A DNA stretch of 64,000 bases. It comes from Squalus acanthias. Its lineage: Eukaryota. Made by a program: the position numbers and the translations under genes. Below the pieces are notes generated by a model that saw only the letters and a list, made by a program, of their open reading frames with translations, was not told the DNA's origin and did not search any database. The stretch lies in the NCBI GenBank assembly GCA_030390025.1, contig CM059425.1, forward strand, positions 166,348,001 to 166,412,000. The letters run 5' to 3'. This document shows, in pieces, positions 8,906-20,374 of the stretch (the first letter of the stretch is position 1; every line of letters begins with the position of its first letter).

Positions 8906-10613
8906 TGTAAGGGTTTCTCTGAACCTGTGAGATTCGTGTGGCTCTGTGCTTAGCCTGGATGCTAGTGCGAGTTTAGGCCTTGTTGCCTGTTCTGGTCTCC
9001 AGCCAGTCTGGGAGCACTAGACACCTGTGAGTGGTTCGACCCACTCGCCCTTACGGTTCTGACACTGGACTTAGATGCGAGAGCAGTAATGGAGAGAAAA
9101 CTCAGGTAGACCCGGTTGAATGGTACGAAATGGAAAATCTTTATTGCATATTATTCAAGATTACGAAATACATGTCATAAGCACAGATTAATGACAGTAC
9201 AATCTTACACGCAGTTATGTAACTAATTTCAGGGAAACGAGGAACGAACGACACATCATAAATGGGGGCACACATTACAGTTATCCTTAAAACTTAAACC
9301 CTCCCCTATCAATACCTGCTCTAAACTAGACTGGTAGGATCGAGACTCATGCTCACCACTCGTGATAACTCGGAGAATTCCGAAAACTCTGATCGGATGT
9401 TTTTCACCGCAGCACCTGATCACCCACGTGTTGGTCAGGGGTCTCTGTACCCCACTTGTTTACTCGTTTCTGCTCCGGCTAGCAGGCTGGACCGTCTGCT
9501 GTCATGAAGATCTGTGTTGTCCTCGGAGTTCCGACACTACTCAAAGAAGAGTCTTCCTGTGCCCTCGCACTGATGCGATAAAATTCGAAGAATAGTCTTC
9601 CTGCCAGTTCTGTAAAATTCAAAGATGGTCTTCCTGGGCAAGGAAAGTGTCTATTCGACCTACAGGCGCGGTCGGGGCTTACTGACCGTGGCGATACGTG
9701 TGGTCGTCTTCTTCTCTTCTCATCTCATCTCATCTCATCTCATCTCGGGCCTTCGGTTCCAACACCGTTTACCGACTTCTCGGGATGGTGTGCCCGTTCC
9801 AAGGCTTCACAGCCCAGTTCCACACAGATCTTCGCGGCAAGCCACGAGGCAGATCCTGGCGGATCGTAAAGTTCAACAGTCTTTAAAAGCTGCAAGAGGC
9901 AGAGACACGAGGCAGGCAGCAAGGAGTCGAAAGGATAAGAGCACAAGAGCAGCCACGAGGATAAGAGCCAGCAGGATAAGAGAAAGATGGACGGTTGGAG
10001 CTTGCAGTTATAGTGCAAAACTCTTCCTTTTCCCGCCCAACCTTAATGTCTTTTTCTTTTGTTAGGGTTTGGCGCTCAAATTTCTTGTATAGGGTGATCT
10101 CCGTTTTAATGGGTTTCGGGGATACTCGTAACTGTCTGAGTACCTGTTAATACTTTTCCAATGTGTAACCCGGTCGGTATTCTCCCTGGAGGGGTTTTGG
10201 GGCTTCCAAATGTTTTCTGTAACTACCCGCTAACGGCTCTCTCATCGTAGAGTCGTGGGGATTTTGCATATTAATGTCTTTGGATGGGTTCTTGATCGCT
10301 TGGTACAATAGCCCTTATTCGCACCTGGGAGACCGATTTCAGTATTTATGTGTATACTGCAAACCCATAATGTCTCGTGTATTATCTCAAATGTGCTGAG
10401 TCTTGATCGATCTCGCACAAATGTTTATTGGAACGCCATCTTGTCTGCTTGTCGAAAATCTAGAATGTTCTGCCACGAGGCGTGGCGGCCATTTTACAGG
10501 CTGCTTGTGTCCACTTTGAAAACCTGACAGCATTCTGCTGAAATAAAGCTGTTTGAACGAAACTATGTGTTTTCTCCTTATTTATAAAATCGCGATATAT
10601 TGCGAATTCTACA
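8906..10613 (-). repeat. 5' LTR (1708 bp)
   Basis: Minus strand reads TGTAGAATT...CCCTTACA. Direct repeat of 998-2706, followed by GAAAA and the PBS. Confidence 0.97.
10005..10076 (-). promoter_or_regulatory. Candidate LTR core promoter (TATA-like CTATAAC, GC box, E2F-like TTTCCCGC and TTTGGCGC)
   Basis: Motif cluster upstream of a pyrimidine-rich initiator-like stretch. Motif inspection only. Confidence 0.4.
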
Positions 10614-12870
10614 AGTGGCAACCTTCAGAGATCTGTGGATATGAACCCCCAGATCCCTCTGCTCCTCCACGTTCCTCAGAACCCTGCCGTTGACCCTGTA
10701 ATCCTTATTCAAATTTGCCCTACCAAAATGAATCACCTCGCACTTATCAGGGTTAAATTCCATCTGCCATTTTTCGGCCCAGCTCTGCATCCTATCAATG
10801 TCTCTTTGCAGCCTACAACTGCCCTCCACCTCATCCACTACTCCACCAATCTTGGTGTCATCAGCAAATTTACTGATCCACCCTTCAGTCCCCTCCTCCA
10901 AGTCATTGATAAAAATCACAAACAGCAGAGGACCCAGCACCGACCCCTGTGGCACACCGCTGGTAACTGGTCTCCAGTCCGAAAATGTTCCATCCACCAC
11001 CACCCTCTGCCTTCTATGAGATAGCCAGTTACTTATCCAATCGGCCAAATTTCCCTCTATCCCACAACTCCTTACTTTCTTCATGAGACGACCATGGGGA
11101 ACCTTATCAAACGCCTTACTAAAATCCATGTATACGACATCAACTGCTCTACCTTCATCTACACACTTAGTTACCTCCTCAAAGAATTCAATCAAATTTG
11201 TTAGGCAAGACTTACCCTTCACGAATCCGTGTTGACTATCCCTGATTAAGTTGCCCCTTTCCAAATGGTCATAAATCCTATCCCTCAGGACTTTTCCATT
11301 ATCTTACCAACCACCGAAGTAAGACTAACCGGCCTATAATTACCAGGGTCATTCCTATTTCCTTTCTTGAAGAGAGGAACAACATTCGCCACTCTCCAGT
11401 CCTCTGGCACCATTCCCGTGGACAGTGAGGACCCAAAGATCAAAGCCAGAGGCTCTGCAATCTCCTCCCTTGCCTCCCAAAGAATCCTAGGATATATCCA
11501 ATCTGGCCCAGGGGACTTATCGACCCTCAGATTCTTCAAAATTGCTAAAACATCTTCCCTCAGAACATCTACCACCTCCAGCCTATCCACCTTTATCACA
11601 CTCTCATCCTCAAGAACATGGCCCCTCTCCTCGGTGAACACTGACGAAAAGTATTCATTCATCACCTCTCCTATCTCTTCTGACTCCATGCACAAGTTCC
11701 CACTACTGTCCTTGACCGGCCCTACCCTCACCCTGGTCATTCTTTTATTTCTCACATAAGAGTAAAAAGCCTTGGGGTTTTTCTTGATCCGACCCGCCAA
11801 GGACTTCTCATGCCCCCTCCTAGCTCTCCTAAGCTCTTTTTTTAACTCATTCCTTGCTACCTTGTACCCCTCAATCGACCCAACTGAACCTTGTTTTCTC
11901 ATCCTTACATACGCTTCCTTTTTCCTCTTGACTAGACATTCAACCTCTTTTGTGAACCATGGTTCTCTCACTCGGCCATTTCCTCCCTGCCTGACAGGGA
12001 CATACCTATCAAGGACACGCAGTAATTGCTCCATGAAAAAGCTCCACTTTTCGTTTGTGCCTTTCCCTGATAGTTTCTGTTCCCATCTTATACTCCCTAA
12101 TTCTTGCCTAATCGCATCATAATTACCCCTCCCCCAATTATAAACCCTGCCCTGCCGTATGGCCCTATCCCTCTCCATTGCAATAGTGAAAGTTACCGAA
12201 TTGTGGTCACTATCTCCAAAGTGCTCTCCCACATACAAATCAAACACTTGGCCCGGTTCATTACCCAGTACCAAATCCAACGTGGCCCCACCTCTTGTCG
12301 GCCTATCCACATATTGTGTCAGGAAACCCTCCTGCACACACTGCAAAAACTATCCCATCCGAACTGTTTGACCTATAAAGGTTCCAATCAATATTTGGAA
12401 AGTTGAAGTCACCCATGACAACTACTCTGTGACCTCCACACCTATTCATAATCTGCTTTGCAATTTCTTCCTCCACATCTTTATTACTATTTGGGGGCCT
12501 GTAGAAAACTCCTAACAACGTGACCGCTCCTTTCCTATTTCTAACTTCAGCCCATATTACCTCAGACGGCAGATCCCCCTCGAACTGCCTTTCTGCCGCT
12601 GTTAAACTATCCTTGATTAACAATGCTACTCCTCCACCTTTCTTACCAACTTCCCTACTCTTACTGAAACATCTATACCCCGGAACTTCCAACAACCATT
12701 CCTGTCCCTGTTCTAACCATGTCTCCGTAATGGCCACCACATCGTAGTCCCAAGTACCAATCCACGCTCCAAGTTCTCCTACCTTATTCCGGATGCTCCT
12801 TGCATTGAAGTAGACACACTTCAAGCCATCTTCCTGTCTGCCGGTACATTCCTGCGACCTTGATACCCTC
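10614..12870 (-). pseudogene. CR1 ORF2 (APE endonuclease and RT), frameshifted near 12345 and 11285, cut by the provirus
   Basis: YFNARSI, ITETW, MGDFN, SDHN, QHGF, DFSKAFD, GVPQGS, FADD. Confidence 0.92.
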
Positions 12871-12937
12871 CTCAGTACCTCCCTACACTCACCACTGGCT
12901 CGTGGACTACAGCCCTTTTTCCCATCCCCCTGACAAA

Positions 12938-13864
12938 TTAGTTTAAACCCCCCCGAAGAGCCGTAGCAAATTTCCCTCCCAGGATATTGGTGCCCCTCTG
13001 GTTCAGGTGCAAACCGTCCTGTTTGTACAGGTCCCACCTTCCCCAGAATGTGCTCCAATTATCCACATAACTGAAACCCTCCCCCCTACACCATCCCTGC
13101 AGCCACGTGTTTATCTGCACTCTCTCCCTGTTCCTCAACTCGCTAGCACATGGCACCGGCAACAAACCAGAAATTACAACATGGTTTGTACTGGCTCTCT
13201 GCTTCCAACCTAGCTCCCTAAATTCCTGTTTTAAATCCCCGTCCCTTCTCCTACCTATGTCGTTGGTACCGATGTGTACCACGACTTGTGCTTGTTCCCC
13301 TTCCCCTTTGAGGATTCTGAAAACACGGTCCGAGACGTCACGGACCCTGGCACCCGGGAGGCAACATACCATCTGTGAGTCTCTTTTGCTGCCACAGAAC
13401 CTCCTATCTGTCCCTCTGACTATTGAGTCCCCAATAACTATTGCTCTCCTGCTCTCCCCCCTTCCCTTCTGAGCCACAGGGACGGACCCAGCGCCGGAGA
13501 TCCGGTCACCGTGGCTTACCACTGGTAAGTCGTCCCCCTCAACAGTATTCAAAGCGGTATACCTGTTACTGAGGGGAACGACCACAGAGGATCCCTGCAC
13601 TGACTGCTTCCTCCCAGCCCCTCTCACCGTCACCCATCTATCTTCATGCTTTGGAGTAATTACATCCCTGAAGCTTCTATCTATGACCTCCTCTGCCTCC
13701 CGAATGATCCGAAGTTCATCCAGCTCCAGCTCCAGTTCCCTAACACGGTTTTCGAGGAGCTGGAGATGGGTGCACTTCCCACAGGTGTAATCAGCAGGGA
13801 CACCTACGGCGTCCCTCACCTCAAACATTCTGCAGGAGGAACATTTCACTGCCTCCCCTGCCAT
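12938..13864 (-). CDS. CR1 ORF1p (zinc finger, leucine zipper, SGNH esterase)
   Basis: CSSC..CGKC, LELELDELRII, VIGDSIVRG, HIGTND, DGLHLN. Confidence 0.92.
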   Translation of the reverse strand: MAGEAVKCSSCRMFEVRDAVGVPADYTCGKCTHLQLLENRVRELELELDELRIIREAEEVIDRSFRDVITPKHEDRWVTVRGAGRKQSVQGSSVVVPLSNRYTALNTVEGDDLPVVSHGDRISGAGSVPVAQKGRGESRRAIVIGDSIVRGTDRRFCGSKRDSQMVCCLPGARVRDVSDRVFRILKGEGEQAQVVVHIGTNDIGRRRDGDLKQEFRELGWKQRASTNHVVISGLLPVPCASELRNRERVQINTWLQGWCRGEGFSYVDNWSTFWGRWDLYKQDGLHLNQRGTNILGGKFATALRGGLN

Positions 13865-14060
13865 CCCCTCCAGCTAACTTGCAGATTAAGCTAGAACAAA
13901 AAAGAGCTTACCTGATAGTCACTCACCTACTTTAGGTTAGAGGAGGAGGAAGGGTGGGGGACACTACAAGTGTAGTGTCTCGGGTTTAGGAACCGCCCAA
14001 CTTATATACAGGTAAAAATTTATCACCTACCCAGCAACCACTGCGTCCCGCACTTTAAAA

Positions 14061-14364
14061 GCCTCTGTGGGCCTACCTGGTCGCCGCCGCCTCTTGAATC
14101 CTCCGCCTCGCCGCAGCCGCTCCACCCAGGTCCGCCGCCTCTGTGGGCCTACCTGGTCGCCGCCGCCTCTTGAATCCTCCGCCTCGCCGCAGCCGCTCCA
14201 CCCAGGTCCGCCGCCTCTGTGGGTCTACCTGGTCGCCGCCGCCTCTTGAATCCTCCGCCTCGCCGCAGCCGCTCCACCCAGGTCCGCCGCCTCTGTGGGC
14301 CTACCTGGTCGCCGCCGCCTCTTGAATCCTCCGCCTCGCCGCAGCCGCTCCACCCAGGTCCGCC
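14061..14364. repeat. GC-rich tandem repeat, 4 x 76 bp, at the CR1 5' end
   Basis: Unit GCCTCTGTGGGCCTACCTGGTCGCCGCC...CAGGTCCGCC repeated almost perfectly. Confidence 0.95.
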
Positions 14365-15056
14365 ATACGTTAAGACTTAAAGGTGGGGGAGGGGGAGGTG
14401 GAATCTGACAACAGGTCAGATGATTTTTTGGGGCCCGGGACATGCATTCATACTGAAAACCTATCTGTGCTGTTTCTGGAGCAGCCTGCAGCAATCCGTT
14501 TAACGCCCTGATGGTTAGGCTGCTCTACGCCTATACCAATGGTCTACACATTCTAGCTGAAAATTGCTTTGGGATCCTACATACGTCATAGAATCCCGAT
14601 GTACATGAGCTGCCTGTCTCAAACAGGCAGGGGCGTTGGCTGCCCATTCACAGGACCATTTATAAATGGCAGTGGTGAATCAGGAGCAGGAATGGGCATA
14701 ATTCAGCTGCAATTTCTGGAGAGCTACTGCCCCATTTTCACCAAGAAGAGGCAGTGAAAATCGGCCCCTTGGCGATATATATGTCTCAAATATCAAAGAT
14801 TTTGGCCTCAATTGGCTGAAGAAAATGATCTTTGTAGCTGATTTTCTATCAATTAGAAACCAATTTTTTCAATTTCTTTTCTACCTCCAAAAGTATGTCG
14901 TGTTATTGTTTTCAACAGGAGGATTAGAATAAGAAACATTAAAAGTAAACAAAATGAAAGTAAAGTTAAAAAAGGGAAAATAGGGAAGAGACAGAATTGG
15001 AGAAGACAATGGGTGAAAGAGAAGACATGGTGAACAGCAATAGTGTTTAAGATTTT

Positions 15057-15828
15057 GGGTTGGAATTTGCGGTGGGTAATAATAGCGAATGAACAGTGTT
15101 CGCTGTTATTACCCCTTTGAAACTGACTGCAACTTCAGGATGTAGTGCGTGCGCATCCTAACGTGGAAATCCTGAAGTTGTGGTCAGTCATTCACTGCTC
15201 CAACCCTGGTTGGGCTGTGGCCCCCCCCACACACACAGCTGACAGTGTAATCTGTGAAATCAGGGAAACCGATGAAAACTTGGGCTTTTCCGCGGTCATA
15301 TCTGTTAAATACTCCATTAAAAGTTAGACCCTTTTGGATTAGGTGTAACTGGGGTTTTAACAGCATATTGACTGCTAAACAAAGGTTATAGCCCTGAAAA
15401 ACTAATTTTAATTTTGTGGAGTGTCAAATTTATCCATTTTAATAAAAATTACAATTTTTAACAAACTTTAATTAAATATTTTTTTTTAAAGTTTGTTCAT
15501 CTTTATTTCAGGTTTACCTTTTCCCCACGTGACAGCCCCAACCTTTGTTTTGCTCTCTGTAATTTTTAAAAAGTTAGAATAAAACAAGCTTATTCACTTC
15601 CTGGTTCTCAGTCTGTGAGAATTCTGCATTGTGATTGGCTGTTTAGACAGATTGTTGACATCACAGCAGCTCGCGCTATGGGATTCCCCACTAACTTACA
15701 CTGATTTCAACTGAACGTCAGAAAAGCCGACGTTCTCGCCACAGAGATCGCGAGATCTTTGTGGGAAGTTTACTTTGGGGCTAGCGGCGAATGTCTTTGT
15801 TTCACCGTTGACCACAAATTATGTGCCT
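15057..15828. mobile_element. Degenerate non-autonomous DNA transposon (Harbinger-type MITE)
   Basis: Imperfect inverted ends GGGTTGGAATTTGCGGT / ACCACAAATTATGTGCC. Confidence 0.4.
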
Positions 15829-16199
15829 TATTCAAGCTTGATTATTTTTTAAGTCTTGGGTGAATATTCTAATAATGAGTAGCTTTACTACTGTAATATT
15901 AGCGTTTATTCTAGCATTATGGTGTGTGAGGTGTAAACTTACAAAATGGAGAGCCCAATGAGACTGGGATTTCCCTGGGCCCAGCTAATGGCAAACAAGC
16001 TAGCTGGATTGAAAACTAGCTTGGGAAGGAGCATGTGATAATAACTGGGAACAGCCTCCTTTTCCCAGTGACCTGTGCAGGCCTAGCCTGGGTACCCTTT
16101 GTTTACAATGTTACAGTATGGCCAAAAGAACTTCTGGTAGTATTTAAAATGTGAGGATGATACCAGGCTGATGGTAAACATAGGGGTGATAAACAGCAT

Positions 16200-16860
16200 T
16201 CAAAAAGATCTGGATCAATTCAACAAAAGCACTAAGGAATGATAGAAGCATTTGAATGTGGATAAACAAAAGGTTACACATATTGGAACAAGAAGTATGA
16301 AGCATACAAGGGATTGGTGTGCATTAGTAAAAGTGGAAAAGGCAAAGAATTTGGGAATGATTATTGACGAATCACTGAAACCATTCAACTAATGTAAACC
16401 TGTTATAAATAGGTCCAATCACATATTGGGATGTATCTCAGGTTGTTTTAACCTGTATAATTCACTTGGAATATTGGGTACATTTCAAAAGAATCTTGTT
16501 GCATAAGAGAAAAGCAACAATGATGATGCTGGGCCTCAGGGTTCTAGGTTGTGATGAGAGATTCACTGAATTGAACTTTTTTTGACTGAAGAAAAAAGGC
16601 AAAGAGGAAATGTGGTTTCGGTCTTTACAATGTGAATCGATATAAGCAGGTTATTTAACTTAAACTGTGACATTCAGATCTTTAAAATGTAAAAAATGAA
16701 CAAGCTTCAAGTGAATCTAGAAATCAGGAAAATTACAGAGGAGTAGATTTTTGCAATAAACCCCCAACAAATGCAATTAAACCATCCTGATTAACTCCTT
16801 TAAAAAGAACTTCATGGTTATCTGATTAAGAAAGGGATTGAAGGTTATAAGGATAAATAT
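16200..16860 (+). mobile_element. Ancient degraded CR1 3' fragment
   Basis: Recognisable decayed equivalents of the DLD..FNVDK, DLG.I.D.SLK and KG..GY regions. Confidence 0.55.
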
Positions 16861-17928
16861 AGACACAGATGATCTAATCCTCTATGGAATGCTATGATTT
16901 CAGGCCTAGTGGGACCATGGAAATGTCATTTGTGGAATGGAATCAGCCAGGGTTGAATAATATAGATTGCAGTATTAGATTCATGTCGTGAAAATTCACT
17001 AAGTTTCTTTCAAGCATTCTTTTGCACAAATTTATCTTCTTGGAAGTTGTACCCATGGTATTCACCTCTCTCAGGGCTGTGGTTAAATTTGAGTAGAGTC
17101 CATCATAGTAGAAATGATATACGGTCTGTTGGAAGGAGCTGACTCAATGGCCTTGTCTTATTCTGTGCTTTCTTATTCTTATATTCTCTTTTATAAAGAA
17201 GGTATTTCCCAGCTGTATTGTTTTCAGACTGTTCTAGCAAAGAATATGACATTGACAATGACAAAACCACTGCAGTGATTGCCTGGCATTCTTACTGTCA
17301 ACCTGTTACCTTTTACTTAAAATCTATTATACAAGCTTTCAGGATTGTTCACATCTCTTCCCCAGGTGTAAGAGTATAATGTATAGGTTTTCACATATCA
17401 GGGTTAAAAAAAAGGCAATTTTTCCATCATATTTAGATGCTTGATAGATAAATTTGCTCTGAATAAAAACACTTGTCTATTATCAGTGGGAAACATTCTT
17501 CTGTTGTTTCATGCTGAGGTGTTTGGAGCGTCGATTAAGTTACATTGTATGAAACCCACATATGAGGTGTGTAAATGTTTTAAAGAGGCAGCCACATCAT
17601 CAAACTACCATAAAAAACTCACTTAAAAAGAATGATTTAATTTTAATATTCTTTTGTTCACTTCTATTGATTTTTTTCCTGAATATTTTTGTTTTAACAG
17701 TGAATGCTGATTACCTAATTGAGAGAATGAAAAAAAATGCTAGATTTGCACAAGGGCCTGTCAGTGTCTCTAAGAAGAAAAGATGGGTTAATGTTTTGGG
17801 TGAAGACCCATCATCAGAACTGACAGTTCAAATTGAAGGGTTCAGCCTAAACCTGAACCTGTTTTCTCTTTTCAGATGCTTATGGACCTCTGATAGACTT
17901 ATTTAAAAACTGTAAGATAGAAAGGAAG

Positions 17929-18538
17929 AGGTCCTAAAATCCACAGGGGGCATTTCCTGGTTCAAGTACTGGAATGTTCCTGTTGGTGACCTCTGATCTT
18001 GCCAGAGTTTGTGAGGTCAATTGGAGGTCATCCATTTGCATGGCCTTGGCAGGTGCTTGTGCCACTAGGGGTCCATCTTGGAAAACTGCCTTCCCCCCAA
18101 AGCCCCAAACTGCGGTGGAAAAGTGGCCAGGCAGGGAGGGTGAAGTTTTACAGGCCCACCCCTCCCCCGCCAGCCCTATGGAAAGAAAGCAAAACTCTCT
18201 TCCATTTGTAAGGCAGCCACATTTAAATACTTTGAAATATTTTTTTTTCTACAGAGGTCCAGACCACAATCCTGGCCTGGACCCCTGGTCCCAACTTCTG
18301 TCATTTGCTGGCCTGGTGCACCTGGTCTCACGAGATGTACCAGCTCCATCAGGCCTCGGAGATTCCAGGTAGATGGGAACGCAAGTGTTGGGAGTCCCTG
18401 CCTCTGCCCTCTCCTGTGTCAATAACCTTGTTTCGGGCGGGCTCTGGGATGGGTCCTAAGCTAATTTGCAGTCCTTCCACCACACTTCTATTGGAGTTAT
18501 GATAGAAGTGCACTGGCAAGGCCGTGGATTTCTGGCCC
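17929..18538. mobile_element. MITE with Harbinger-like TIRs
   Basis: GGTCCTAAAATCCACAG ... CCGTGGATTTCTGGCCC. Confidence 0.55.
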
Positions 18539-19859
18539 TGAATTGTTTTAATGAAATGGAATGTTTTTCCACAGTTAAACTTACCAATTCCGTGCTCTCA
18601 GCAGGGAGTCATGCTCAAAGGGAGTGCAAGTTGGAAATAGGGCTATAACACTGTACCAACTATTCTTCAATCCACACTGCATGTTGAGGGTGGCTCTTGT
18701 TGGGCGTGCAAGATTCATGATTTTACTTTATTTGTGGAAAGCCAATGATTCTCAAGGATTGGGACCTAATGAGTTAGCATACTGCTGAAGGGATGAATGT
18801 CTTCTCTGTCTGTTAGTATAAGGGTCCTTTGTGACTTGATATTGGGCAGACTCAATATCAGTTACAGAACACACAAATGTTCCTAATTTGTCATAAATTA
18901 GCAATGTCACTCAGGGAGTTCACAGGATGGTTGATGTGAAAAATTGAAAATTGATATTGGTGCAGCTGGGAGTGCTTTGCTGTGCTTGGGCAAATAAAGG
19001 AAGGTTTACTCTGCCGCTATATGTGCTATACTTGATTTGGGAATACTTGTGCTGTCACTGGGCACCTAAAATTGAAAAAGCTCTACTATCCATTACCGTC
19101 ATCAGTCAAATGATGACCAAAAAATTCTTCTGGATATTGTTGAGTGCTAAGGTTTTATAACTTAGATCTTGCTATCACTATTATATCACTATTATATTAC
19201 ATGGAAATAAGCTCTTTACAAAATGTGTTTACGAACATTATAATTTTTACATATGTGTATTTGTGAATCTGTAATATCAAAAACACATATGCAAATGAAG
19301 ACTGGGACCACATGATAGGAGAGGGCCACACAGGAGAGAGAATTCAAGAAGCTTTAAATTAAACACACATAAGTTGTATTACCAAGCTGGGGCTTAAATG
19401 CAGCTTGATATGAAACATGAAGAGAAACCCCCTAGCGAATAGAAGGCACAAATTGGCTATATGAGTTAGGAATTACCTCTTCAATCTCATTTCTGTACCC
19501 TACAGCTTGAGATAGCAGGAGATGGGAGGGTTGGTTTTACAAATACACATTCCTGGCATGGAGAATTGCTGGGAATATAATTTTGTAAAGTAGCCCTAGC
19601 GTGTCCATCAGTGGCTCAGAATACTGAGAACATATTTGCTTCTATGTAGATTGGCTTCAGTCAAATGCAAAGCGACATTATATCATGTTAGTTGTCTGGG
19701 CACAGTTAACTAAGCATGTTGGTTTTACACTGGTCCATAGCACAAAACTAGCTACAAATTGCCATTAAATTATTAATTTCACTTAGTGAGAAGTGCAAAA
19801 ATGTTTTGCTGGTGCAGTAATTGGGATGCTTTACTCTGCATCCGTTATAATATTCAATT

Positions 19860-20250
19860 ACCATGTTGGCTGAGCTGACAGCCCTCCTGCCTCTGCATCA
19901 GAAGTTTGTGGGATCAAGTCCCATTATGGATTTAGGCTGACATGCCAGTGCAATAATGAGGGATTACTGTATTATCAGAGGTGTCCTCTTCCTGATGAGG
20001 CCTAGTTTGTCTACTCAGGTGTATGTAGAAGATCCCATGGCACATTTCTTTTTGTAAAGAAGAGCAGGGAGTACTCCTGGTCAACATTCTTCCCTCAACT
20101 AACACTACCAGAAACAGATTCCTTTATCGTTTGGGGGCTGTCATGTTTGCCTACAAAACAACAATGATCAAAAAGTAATCCATTGGTTGTAAAGTGCTAT
20201 GGGATGTCCTGAAGATGTGATAAGGAGCTATATGAATGCAAGTTCTTTAA
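19860..20250 (+). mobile_element. tRNA-derived Deu-type SINE (SacSINE1-like), degenerate
   Basis: tRNA-like head, AAGATCCCATGGCAC core, and TATATGAATGCAAGTTCTT tail. Similar to 31381-32525. Confidence 0.65.
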
Positions 20251-20374
20251 TATACCTGATGTGGGAGTGACCAAAGTAGTTGTGCCCCAGTATTACCATA
20301 CCTCATCTCGATGAGTACAAAAACTGTAATGGAGTAATGAGACTCTATCTTTGAAACAGTTGCACAGAGGCCAA

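Larger units (their letters stand above)
998..10613 (-). mobile_element. Env-bearing LTR retroelement / endogenous retrovirus-like provirus (LTR-PBS-gag-deleted pol-env-PPT-LTR), non-autonomous
   Basis: Two ~1.7 kb direct repeats, each with TG...CA ends, plus PBS, PPT, gag with zinc knuckle, integrase C-terminal remnant and env-like frame. It interrupts CR1 ORF2 (LKVAT|QVDRAVKK). The flanks AGTC (994-997) and AGTG (10614-10617) form a 4-bp TSD with one mismatch. Confidence 0.96.
347..14364 (-). mobile_element. Full-length CR1 LINE interrupted by the provirus
   Basis: ORF1 12938-13864; ORF2 APE and RT pieces 10614-12860 and 424-993; 3' tail near 347-420. GCCATAC on both flanks (340-346, 14362-14368) is a possible TSD. 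Confidence 0.93.

Noticed and set aside
9625..10065. 146-aa antisense ORF in the LTR (copy at 1717-2157) as an accessory gene
   Set aside because: It runs through a (TCTCA)n microsatellite and short repeats and has no recognisable domain. Its duplication simply reflects the LTRs.
14061..14364. CRISPR-like array
   Set aside because: Head-to-tail units without unique spacers, in eukaryotic DNA with no cas genes.
17562..17906. Host exon or short gene, and similar short ORFs at 33963, 41526, 56340 and 63202
   Set aside because: No recognisable protein similarity. Several use non-ATG starts or overlap repeat relics.
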